Source: Ylistrum balloti (Eukaryota). Taken from it: a stretch of DNA of 64,000 nt. The stretch covers positions 1 through 64,000 of the forward strand of contig NW_026782522.1 of the NCBI RefSeq assembly GCF_031769215.1. Direction: 5' to 3'. Position 1 is the stretch's first letter; every line of letters begins with the position of its first letter. The position numbers and the translations under genes were made by a program. Positions 52,100 through 64,000 of this stretch are shown piece after piece. The notes beneath the pieces were generated by a model. The model made no database searches and had not been told where the DNA came from. It saw nothing but the letters and a program-made list of their open reading frames with translations.

Positions 52100-52330
52100 A
52101 ATGACAATTTTAAAACATCTAAAATAACTCACAATTTTGGCTATCCAGGATAAGTCACAATTATAAACACCAAGAATAAGTCTCAATTTTAAACTTCCAG
52201 AAGAAGTCAATATTCTACACATCCCGAATAAGTAACAATTATAAGCACCTGAAATAAGTCACAATTTTAAGCATCTGGAATAAGTCACAATTGTAAACAT
52301 CCAGAATATGATACAATCTTAAACATCCAT
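52100..52330. repeat. Degenerate 26-bp tandem repeat (AATAAGTCACAATTTTAAGCATCTGG)
   Basis: About 9 diverged units. Confidence 0.75.
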
Positions 52331-52864
52331 AATAATAGTAAAATGAAAAGACCCACTGTAGCATTAAGTAATTATATTAACTAATAGCATTTTCGGCCCC
52401 TTGGTGAGGGTGAGGGGTTTGGTATGGTGGTGTTGATGATGGTTGGAAGAGGAGTGGTTGGTTGGATGATTACAACCAGCCCGAGTGAAATATTCCGATA
52501 TTCCTTAACACAAGGTTTGTCAATTTAACGGAATGAGTTGAGGGTAAAAAATGGCCAACGCTATATCAGTTAACATCTCGAATGAATGGAGTGTTCTATT
52601 TTCGTTGGTTTGCCTGATGGTTACGTTGTTGTTTACCTTGTTCACCTTTGTTACCTTCTTGGATTGACAAATATTTATATGACGGGTTTCGTCGATGAAA
52701 CAGAAGACATTTACTCTTCTGACACTCCACGTACTTTGCAAGAGTCTCTGTAATTGTTTTCCTATCTTGCCATATATTCATCAAAATTGTATTTGATTTT
52801 GTCAATATACCAGTATCTTTCTTTGTTCGTTGGTAGCATTACTGATTTTCCTTATCTGTTTCAG

Positions 52865-55800
52865 ATACAAGTCTATACAGATGTCATGTGTGCCACCAAT
52901 ATTTCGAACGTACGTTCGATTTTGTGACCCATCTACAGACTCACGCAGGTTTTCTCTCGCCCAGTGACCTCCTGTTATGCTTTGTATGTGGAACCCAATG
53001 TGAGGATGCAAATGGACTGTTAACACATTTGGGAACACACGATGACAAAGAACCTCCGAGATGTTCCATATGCAGTGAACCATACAACCACTTCAGTCGG
53101 TTACATACGGGTCCTAAGCCATTTAAATGCAGCTTGTGTCTGCGGACTTTTCGGAGAAGCACTGAGTTTCACACTCATTTAACCATGCATTCAGGTGTTG
53201 ATCCTTACCAATGTGAGGTTTGCAACGTGGGTTTCAGTAGGAAAGACCGATTGCGAATACACAAAGAAACGATGCACAATATGACATTTGAGTTTTGTAA
53301 AATATGCAAAAGACATTATGAAAACGAGTCCTTTGAAGAACACAAAAAAAGTCATAACAGATTCATGTATGTGGAGTGCGATTTGTGTCACAAAACCTTC
53401 AACGTACTCAGTACTTTGGCGAGACACTGGGAGTATCATGTGAAAAATAGTTTCACATGTAATTTATGTGACCGTAAATTCAATGACTTCTCTCTCCTTA
53501 AATCACATGTGAAGACACACTTGTTGAAGCTATCACACTCCTGCACCTTCTGTCATCTCAAGTTTTACACCGCAAAGAACCTCTTACTTCACAAGAAAAG
53601 TCATTTTAAGAACGCACCAAATCAATTCGTCTGTAAAACATGCGGTGCTGACTATCCCACTGAAAGAAAATTACGTGAACATCAAATGAAATGGAACCAC
53701 GCGACATTTCAGTTCCACCAGTGTGGGAGGTGTCCCAAGCGGTTTCTCTCTGTCAGATCGCTCTACCGACATGAGAAATCCATGCACAGAGGTGAGCGTT
53801 GTTCATGTCAGTTGTGTGGGAAATGGTTTACTATCCCGGAAAACCTGACGTCTCATATGAGGAGTATACACCATAGCAAAGATTCCGTTCATCAATGCGG
53901 AATCTGTAACATCAGCTTTAGTAATGATAAAGAACTGAACGTTCATAACACAACAAAACATCCCACAGTGCCAAAAGAACGCGTGACTTTCCTATCTTCC
54001 ATAAGCAATGATAATTCAAAGGAGGCATCTGCATCGACAAGTCCGTTATCTGTTTATGAAACTCGGAACGTAAAGTACACACGTGATTCTACGTCTGTAC
54101 ATCTTGCTGTTAACAATGATCATATGAACGACGGAGCAGGAGAAAGAGGGGAAGTGGACCAGACCAGTAACCGCCCAGCTCGTTTTGTTTGTCGTTTTTG
54201 TGGGAAGTCATTTTCGGGACATCATTGGGGCATGCTACACAATAGGAAACACAAAGTGTCTGAAATTGTGAAAAGATGTGAAAAGTGTCGTAAAACGTTT
54301 GGACGACTCGAGCAATATACAAGACACCAGTGTGATGAGAGTAAGATAAATAGTTATGAGTGTGATATCTGTGACGAAGAGTTTGCGAGTTCGTTCATGT
54401 TGGCGCGTCATCAGGCAATACACAATGGACCGATGCTAAAATGTGAGAAGTGCGAAAGAATCTTTTCCAGAAAGGTTAACTTAAACAAACACATAGCAAA
54501 GGGTCACTCTTCAACACTGAAATTTAAGTGTTCTTTGTGTCCAAAACATTTCTTTAAAAAGGAACCATATTTACTCCATCTACAAACACACGTGAAAGAA
54601 ATAAGAAAGTGTACCGTCTGTAACATCGAGTTTCCATCCAAAGAGAAATTTGATGAGCATATCCCTGAACGCCATGAAGTTCGAAACATGTACAAATGTC
54701 TTAAATGTACCGACGAGTTTGAGTCCATACTCAGTTACCAGGTTCATCAGCTCACGCACACCGCAACCAAGATTCATAAATGTAGCGTTTGTGATATGAA
54801 ATTCAAAGAAAAGCATCAGCTCATCGTTCACCAAAAAGTCCATAATACTACGCAGGATATCACGTGCAATTGGTGTGGCATGGGATTTATAAACAAACAA
54901 AGATTGCGAAAACACCAGTACCGAAATAAGTGTTGGAAAGGAAGATCATTCCGATGCGTCTTTTGTGGGAAAATGTTTCAGCGTTTTGACCTACTGCAGG
55001 CGCATACCAAATCACACGTGAAACCTAGTCAAGTCCTTTCCTTGGAGTCTTTTCAAGACGAGGTAACTATGAATGAGGGTAGTAATGGCGCAATTTCTGA
55101 TGCTGTTGACGACAATGTTGTATTCGATTTGTCAGAGAATATTGATCCGAACGGGCATACTCCAGCTTCTGAAACTAGCGAGGCCACAGTGGACGTTACT
55201 GTTTCTAACTCGAATGTTTTGATCGACGACGATGTTGAAGTGGAGAATGACGACTGGCAAGAAGAGTCTGATGACTCTGGGCAAGATCTTGCCGACAGTG
55301 TCATGTACAGCTGTGGGGAATGTAACAATGAATTTTCCACTCTCGCCGACCTTCAACGCCATATCGATGATCACAACAAAGATTCTTCCACCGCAGATCA
55401 AACAAAACACGACACACTGGAAGTAAACAAAAATATTGCGACAAGCCAGACATCTGGTTCAGAAAAGCTATCATGTGATCACGATAAATCAGCACAAGGT
55501 CCGTCAGGAAAACTCTCCATCAGAGCCCAAGATGACCGTAGTGGCCAGATCAGGAGTGATAACAAGGGCGTAGGGAATTCAGAACCCTACAGATGTGGTC
55601 TCTGTCAGGAAACGTTCCATAGCATTGCTAGGTTAAATGGCCACATTTCCAAACATGAAGACGACCAGAATTCGTATAAATGTAGTGTGTGTGGGATAGT
55701 GATTGATTCGATACTATCATTTCACTCTCACTGTGTAAGCCATTCATCTAGCGATAAGGAATCTGTATCTAAATTGGAAAATATTAAACAGACGCGACCA

Positions 55801-58800
55801 CGTGTGAGCGTATTTGAAATGGAATTTTTGACATCATCATCTCAGGATAGCAATGATGAACGTCCGATTGGAAATGAAATATCAACAACCAACTTGTTTG
55901 ACACTGAAAGTAAGAAAGGCAAACATCTTGTTAAAAAACAGAGTTCAAAAGATGAACCAGTAAAAGTGGAACGCCTTGGTATATTTGACCTCTTGAATTT
56001 TAATACATCCACGGAAGATAAGATAACGAAGGATGCATTGAAATGCGACATTTGTGAAAGAATATTTGATTCTGAATCTGAACACCAGCGTCACAGAAAA
56101 CAGCACAGGAGTGAAAAGGAAACCCAGGTGGGGGATCAGAGTGAATGTAGTTCGAAAAAAGAAAGTATAACGATTAACGATGCCAAGTCGCTCTGTGCAG
56201 ACAAAGATGGTAGTGTTTTAGATTCAACAATGCTATATAAGTGTGGCAGATGTGGTCTCTCGTTTTCGATACCATCAAAACTCGAGGAACATATCAGGGG
56301 GCATTTAGATATGGATATTTCCAAGGCATGTCCCCAAGAAAGCGTGTTACCGATGGTATCAGGTACTTTTTCAACTGAGGACAAAGACCTCCCAGAACCG
56401 GAAGTACCTCTCCTATCTAATAGTGATAAATCAAATGCCGTGTCACGGGTTAAAATGCATACTTGCGATGCCTGTAAATGTGTTTTCCGGTCAGCGGAAG
56501 ATTTGCATTTACACTGTCTCGTCCATGTTACATCACCCACAATAAAAATTCAAAGATTGAGTATACTGATTAAAGCCTTTTCCGGGTCGGTCCTTATCAA
56601 GAACCTCCCTGCTGGCATGTACAAGAAAAGGCTATGTTTGCAGGAAACGTTACGAAAAGATAATTTTGATAATAATTTTCATGAGCGTGAAACTTCGGAC
56701 GGGAAATGTGCCATACACATTGAAAACGAGTCGACAAGTAACCACAATCATGAAGACCGAAACGTTAATAAGAGCAAAACCTGTGGTGATCATTTTTCGT
56801 CCTTGGATGACCTTGGGACACACGTGCTTCATACACAAACCAATCCTGTATTGCGCTCTATTTTGCAGTCACCTGTATATGACCGTAGCGATGTGACGAC
56901 ATTGTCGAATCGTCCTGTTGCACATCTTAACAAAAACAAAGAGAAGGGTGTGCTCGGAGGAAAAATAAGTCTCGTATGCGCAGTTTGCAATAGAACCTAT
57001 CCTAATCTACATTCCCTTCGTGTACATGAAGGGAGGTCACACCCAAAAGAAGAATGCAGTACATGTGGGATGAAATTTTCGAGCCTTTTACAACTTAACG
57101 CCCATGACTGTGCTTCAACGGACAACCCGTTCAAATGTCTGATATGTAATCGAGCATTTGGATCTCTACAAGGGATTCGTTTACATAGTAATTATCACAC
57201 AAGAGAGGAGTACGCTCGTCGTCCATCAACAACTCACAACTTCAAATGTTTACTATGTAATCAATCCTTTCTCACATATCTAAAACTCCGAGGTCATGTA
57301 ATTGTGGCTCATAGCGAAAAAATGCAGAGAAAAACCAACAAAACAGGAGACAAAACCAGTGAAATAAACGAAACTTTATCTCGGACGGACAGCACTGTCA
57401 ATCAAACTCAAACGCCTTCGATCGATGAAAATTTATCCTCATTCCAAAAGGATTCTCAAATCGCTTCCACATCTTCGTCGTCAATCCTACCCACGGTTAG
57501 TCTAAACAGTCAGTGCCTGATCTGTTGTAAAGCGTTCCCATGCACGTCCGCACTGAGTGAAAATTGTAGACAATGTCATGCCGGCTCTAAGCTTCTTTTT
57601 CCTTTCAAATGTCTGATCTGCCAACGGACTTTCAGTACGATAAGAGGAATACGGCTTCATATGGTAATTCATGACGACGACGCGTCAGAAAAATCTCGTG
57701 AACGAATATTGTTTGCAGATACCGCTACCTCAGAAAGTGTTCAAGCCAAGATGCAAAAAGTGACGGAAACCGCATTGGCAACAAAACCAGATGTCAGAGG
57801 AAATATAGAGAACCAATGTTTAATGTGTGGGCGAGTTTGTAATTCCAAACAGGGGCTTAGAATACACATGAAGTATCATCCAAAAATCTCCGCCCGTCGG
57901 ATAGTGTTTCGACCAAACCCTTCTAGAGCTGATGAGCCTGAATCTGAAAACGTTAAAACACCAAGTGCGATAAAGCAGACCAATAATGTTACTGATAGTA
58001 TGAAGATTGGAGCGATGAGATACAAATGTCGGTTTTGTACACGTCAGTTCGACGCAACCAAATTCTTGTTGCGTCATATGAAAACACACACACACAAGTT
58101 CCAGTGTGATGTGTGTGGTGAAGTGTTCAAGGACATATGGACTTACCAGTCACACAGAAGTTCACATAAGACACAGATTTTACATAACTGTGATCTCTGT
58201 CTAAAGCAGTTTCCTAACCTCAATAGTTTGGAATGTCACAAAAAGGGACACACAGGGAAATGCCGTCCCTACAGATGTACCGTATGCAATGTAGAGTTTT
58301 TTTCCCTCAGTACACTGAAGAAACATGCCAAAGCCCACACAGAAAACAGAAATGAGGAAAAGTGCGACACATTAACAACAAGAAGTACTAATGCTGCAAG
58401 GAAGAAAACACGCAAAATCGTTAACAATGAACCACAAGTAACAGCTGTAGCACATAATATTGAAAACGATGGTGGAGATTGTGTTGAATCAGATGTAAAT
58501 GATCTTGTTGAAAACAAAGACACGGACAGTGTAAACACTTGTATGAAATGTGACCAGAAATTCACAAGTGTCAAAAATGTATCCGTACACAATACGATAC
58601 ATTGTGATAACTGTAAAGAGACTGCCGTTGAAACACTCACACAAGATAAGTGCCCTGTTAGTACCAATAGCGTCGACACTGTCACTGCACAACTAAACCT
58701 GTTGGATGATAAGAAGAGAAGCAAACTTGTAAAAAAAGGCATTGTAGACGGATCAACTGGCGAGATAAATTCAGAGAGTTATAAATGCGACATTTGTGAT

Positions 58801-60651
58801 CAGAGTTTTAAAACTCTTGAAGAGATTGGAGACCACTGTAGATCCCATACGGAATCAAATGATACGGATTTGAAAGATAACAAATCTCGTTCAGGGAAAG
58901 TATCCGGGTCGAACATGTACACGTGCAACATATGTGACAAAGATTATAAGACAATATTTAGTCTAAAAAGACATTACAAACTCCACGAGGGCGACAAGAT
59001 GTACATATGTGATATCTGTGATAAGACCTTCAACAATGCTGCCGGCCTCCGATTACACCTCTTAACCCATAACCAAATTTCTCTGCACAAATGTAGCGTT
59101 TGTAGTCAGCAATACAATAGCATTAAAACGCTCAAGACTCATAAACGAACACATCATCAGTGTTCAGAAGATGTTTGTGTCAGATGTTCTAAGGAATTTG
59201 TAAACCATCAAGACTACGTGGATCATGAAAAGGAGTGTGAAAAGTCTAGACAATTCATTTGTGACATATGCGGAAAGGGGTTCGTGAGGACAACAGCCCT
59301 AGCAGAACACAGGAGAATACACGAGGATACCCGACAATTTCGATGTTATGTGTGTAACAATAGGTACGCGCTTGCAAACAATCTCAAGCGTCATATGGAA
59401 ACAGCTCACGACCAAAAGGATATAGATGTAATAAGAAGGAAACCTAACAGAAACAATGTTCCAGAAAAAAACGACCTGTCACAAGTGAAAATGAATACGT
59501 CGGGGGCACAGGTACCGATAACAACGGGTCGTCGGGCCTCTGATGATCTGCAATACAATGGTAGTCATGGTAACAAAACCTTCACTAATGTCGACTCCCT
59601 ACAGAGACGCAAAACTCTGCACTCCAATGCTCTGAACGAGCATACGTGCAAGGTGTGTGGTAAGACGTTTGGCACTATTGTCGGACTTAAAAAGCACATG
59701 AAAATCCACAACGACGATAATGTAGCGTGTCTAACTCTGGATAGCCAGGATTTACAAACACGTGAGAAGGCAACGGTAGATGTTAAGTGTACGGTATGTG
59801 GGGAACAATTCCGGGATAACGAAAATCTTGAGGCACATGTTAAAATGATGCACGCAAATAAAGACACCAAAGGTGAAACGTGTTGTGTGTGTGGAGCAGT
59901 GTACAAAGAGGCGATTAAGTTAGAAAAACATTTATGGAACGTTCATCGTGAAAGACTCTTCACGTGCGATACCTGTCAGGACACATTCGGAACTAAAGAT
60001 GCCCTTAAACGGCACAAAATTCACAGACATGATGCTTTGATACATAAATGTGAGGATTGTTTCATTCCATTTGCCACGATCGAAAGACTTCAGTACCACA
60101 TAGCGGAATGTCATCCGCAACAACCATACGCCTGTACTGACTGCCAAATACAGTTCCAGTCCATGTCGGAAAAACAACGTCACATGACTTCAGTTCATGC
60201 CAAAACCGCTAACAATCCAGTAAATTCGACACAGAATGCAATACTTTTTCCGTCGACTTGTAAAAGCACACCTAAGGAAAATGCAGTAAGCACTAAACCT
60301 AGATATCTTTGCAACTGTAAGATATGTAAGAAAGATTTCCAGACAATTGTTGAGCGTCAAAAACACATGGTAAAAGTCCACGGTGCCACAAGATATCGTA
60401 TATCTTGCTCTGTTTGCGGACAGATGTTTTCCACTAAAGGTCGACTTGAGCAGCACAAAACATTACATACCAAGAAGATAAACTTAAAATGTCCAACTTG
60501 TAATAAGGTGTACCAAAATCGTTATGCCATGATAGCTCATTTACGACATCACTCTGGGGACTGGCCATATACTTGTACCAAATGTAAACTGCCCTTTAAC
60601 AGCGAGAAACGCCTAAAATCACATGTGTGTATTCCCACAAATAATATATGA
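52865..60651 (+). CDS. Giant multi-C2H2 zinc-finger protein, main (terminal) coding exon, 7787 bp
   Basis: Uninterrupted ORF with about 55-59 C-x2-C-x12-H-x3/4-H(or C) fingers, counted by eye, in clusters separated by acidic/Ser-Thr spacers. Acceptor TTTCCTTATCTGTTTCAG at 52864 with branch-like CTGAT (52842-52846) and in-frame TGA upstream (52843-52845). The ORF-track start (GTG 52888) lies inside finger 1 (YRCHVCHQYF...HLQTH). Confidence 0.95.
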
Positions 60652-60735
60652 CGTCCGCCACGACATAAGTGAAACAGGAAGGAAGCAGACGATTAACTGC
60701 TGTACCATGGAGTTCAACCGAATAGCGTCAATATA

Positions 60736-60741
60736 AATAAA
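60736..60741 (+). terminator. Candidate polyadenylation signal of the zinc-finger gene
   Basis: AATAAA 85 nt after the TGA, before the downstream arrays. Confidence 0.5.
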
Positions 60742-60934
60742 AAACACTTGGATGTCTTATCTAAACAACTGTTTGTCAGCGAGAAAGTTTACAGGCTATG
60801 GGGGAAAATGGCCATTCAAATTATTTTAAGTATGTGTAAGCTGATGTTGGAAAATGCAAAGGAGAACGATTTTTTCCACCGATATTCGTATTAATAGAAA
60901 AGATAGTCAGTCAAATACTGTATAAGTGATATAG

Positions 60935-62943
60935 TATCAGTATGTAGTGTATGATCTACTGTATATATGATGTCTACAGTATGTAGTGTATGATCTACTG
61001 TATAAATGATGTCTACAGTATGTAGTGTATGATCTACTGTATAAATGATGTCTACAGTATGTAGTGTATGATCTACTGTATAAATGATGTCTACAGTATG
61101 TAGTGTATGATCTACTGTATAAATCATGTGTACAGTATCAGTATGTAGTGTATGATCTACTGTATAAATGATGTGTACAGTATGTAGTGTATGATCTACT
61201 GTATGAATGATGTCTACAGTATCAGTATAGTGTATTATCAACTGTATAAATGATGTCTACAGTATGTAGTGTATGATCTACAGTATAAATGATGTCTACA
61301 GTATGTAGTGTATGATCTACTGTATGAATGATGTCTACAGTATCAGTATAGTGTATTATCAACTGTATAAATGATGTCTACAGTATGTAGTGTATGATCT
61401 ACTGTATAAATGATGTCTACAGTATGTAGTGTATGATCTAGTGTATAAATGATGTCTACAGTATGTAGTGTATTATCTACTGTATAAATGATGTCTACAG
61501 TATGTAGTGTATGATCTACAGTATAAATGATGTCTACAGTATGTAGTGTATGATCTACTGTATAACTGATGTCTACATGTATGATCTTCTGTATAAATGA
61601 TGTCTACAGTATGTAGTGTATGATCTACTGTATAAATGATGTCTACAGTATGTAGTGTATGATCTACAGTATAAATGATCTACTGTATAAATGATGTCTA
61701 CAGTATGTAGTGTATGATCTACTGTATAAATGATGTCTACAGTATGTAGTGTATGATCTACTGTATGTCTACAGTATGTAGTGTATGATCTACTGTATAA
61801 ATGATGATGTCTATCTACTGTATAAATGATGTCTACAGTATGTAGTGTATGATCTACTGTATAAATGATGTCTACAGTATGTAGTGTATGATCTACTGTA
61901 TATATGATGTCTCTATGTAGTGTATGATCTACTGTATAAATGATGTGTACAGTATGTAGTGTATGATCTACAGTATGATGTCTACAGTATGTAGTGTATG
62001 ATCTACTGTATAAATGATGTCTACAGTATGTAGTGTATGATCTACTGTATAAATGATGTCTACAGTATGTAGTGTATGATCTACTGTATGAATGATGTCT
62101 ACAGTATGTAGTGTATGATCTACTGTATAAATGATGTCTACAGTATGTAGTGTATGATCTACTGTATAAATGATGTCTACAGTATGTAGTGTATGATCTA
62201 CTGTATAAATGATGTCTACAGTATGTAGTGTATGATCTACTGTATAAATGATGTCTACAGTATGTAGTGTATGATCTACTGTATAAATGATGTCTACAGT
62301 ATGTAGTGTATGATCTACTGTATAAATGATACAGTATGTCTATCTACTGTATAAATGATATGTATGTAGTGTATGATCTACTGTATAAATGATGTCTACA
62401 GTATGTAGTGTCTACTGTATAAATGATGTCTACAGTATGTAGTGTATGATCTACTGTATAAATGATGTCTACAGTATGTAGTGTATGATCTACTGTATAA
62501 ATGATGTCTACAGTATGTAGTGTATGATCTACTGTATAAATGATGTCTACATAACTGTATAAATGATGTCTACAGTATGTAGTGTATGATCTACTGTATA
62601 AATGATGTCTACAGTATGTAGTGTATGATCTACTGTATAAATGATGTCTACAGTATGTAGTGTATGATCTACTGTATAAATGATGTCTGATCTACTGTAT
62701 AAATGTATCAGTATGTAGTGTATGATCTACTGTATAAAATGATGTCTACAGTATGTAGTGATGTATAAATGATATCTACTGTATATATGATGTCTACAGT
62801 ATGTAGTGTATGATCTACTGTATAAATGATGTCTACAGTATGTAGTGTATGATCTACTGTATAAATGATGTCTACAGTATGTAGAGTATGATCTACAGTA
62901 TGAATGATGTCTACACTATGTAGTGTATGATCTACTGTATAAA
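60935..62943. repeat. 39-bp minisatellite (TACTGTATAAATGATGTCTACAGTATGTAGTGTATGATC)
   Basis: About 50 units with an internal inverted pair TACTGTA/TACAGTA and many deletion variants in the middle. Confidence 0.97.
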
Positions 62944-62944
62944 T

Positions 62945-64000
62945 TAGACAGTGAAATGTGTACAAGACTACATTGTAATGACAGTAAAATGTATGTTTAG
63001 ACAGTAAACGTGTGTACAAGCTATACATTGTAAACATGTATACAATGATGTCTACAGTATGTAGTGTATGATCTACTGTAAAACAGTACAAGATAATGAA
63101 ACAGTAAACGTATGCACATGTTACAAGCTACATTGTACGAAACTGTATAAGCTACATTGAGACAGTAAACGTGTGTACAAGCTACATTGAGACAGTAAAC
63201 GTGTGTACAAGCTACATTGAGACAGTAAACGTGTGTATAAGCTACATTTAGACAGTAAACGTGTGTACAAGCTACATTGAGACAGTAAACATGTGTATAA
63301 GCTACATTGAGACAGTAACCATGTTTACAAGCTACATTGAGAAAGTAAACATGTGTACAAGCTACATTGAGACAGTAACCATGTGTACAAGCTACATTGA
63401 GACCGTAAACGTGTGCACAAGCTACATTGAGACAGTAAACGTGTGTACAAGCTATATTGAGATAGTAACGTATGTACAAGCTACTACATTAAGACAGTAA
63501 ACATGTGTACAAGCTACATTGAGACAGTAACGTGTGTACAAGCTACTACGAAACAGTAAACATGTGTACAAGCTAAATTTAGACAGTGAACATGTGTACA
63601 AGATACATTGAAACAGAAAACGTATGCAAGCTTCATTGAGACCGTCAACTTCTGTATAAGCTACATTGAGACAGTAAACGTGTGTACAAGCTACATTGAG
63701 ACAGTAAACGTGTGTACAAGCTACACTGAGACAGTAAACGTGTGTACAAGCTACATTGAGACCGTAAACGTGTGCACAAGCTACATTGAGAAAGTAATCG
63801 TGTACAAGTTACACTGCAAAAGTAAGCATGTGTACAAGCTACATTGAGACAGTAACGTGTGTACAAGCTACTACGAAACAGTAAACATGTGTACAAGCTA
63901 ATTTTAGACAGTGAACATGCGTACAAGCTACACTGAGACAGTTGACATGTGTACAAGCTACATTGAGACAGTAACCATGTGTATAAACTACACCGAGACG
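62945..64000. repeat. 30-bp minisatellite (GACAGTAAACGTGTGTACAAGCTACATTGA), runs off the window
   Basis: More than 30 units. One 39-bp-family unit is embedded at ~63046-63079. Confidence 0.95.

Noticed and set aside
52941-60456. Numerous short minus-strand and alternative-frame ORFs overlapping the zinc-finger exon
   Set aside because: Expected shadows of a long coding exon; no recognisable domains.
39271-64000. Regular repeat arrays as CRISPR arrays
   Set aside because: Units are head-to-tail with no unique spacers, no cas genes are present and the DNA is eukaryotic with spliced genes.

Overview
AT-rich eukaryotic genomic DNA, not prokaryotic. It is probably from a bivalve or other mollusc, inferred from the style of the LINE and Penelope-like remnants. 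Two plus-strand spliced genes are supported. (1) HYPK: 3 coding exons, 119 aa, 31993-38610. (2) A very large C2H2 zinc-finger gene with about 55-59 fingers in one ~7.8-kb exon (52865-60651), probably spliced in phase to a short first exon at 46812-46965, giving ~2646 aa. The left 30 kb is a transposon graveyard: a hammerhead-ribozyme-like motif, a fold-back MITE, a decayed Penelope-like RT and two internally deleted CR1 copies (one with a 2A-like motif). It also holds three I-group LINE pieces and a three-level nested insertion with both target-site duplications intact. From 39.3 kb to the end, more than half of the non-coding DNA is eight unrelated minisatellites surrounding the zinc-finger gene; two of them carry long frame-preserving ORFs. 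All calls and counts were made by eye, without database searches, so family assignments and copy numbers are approximate.
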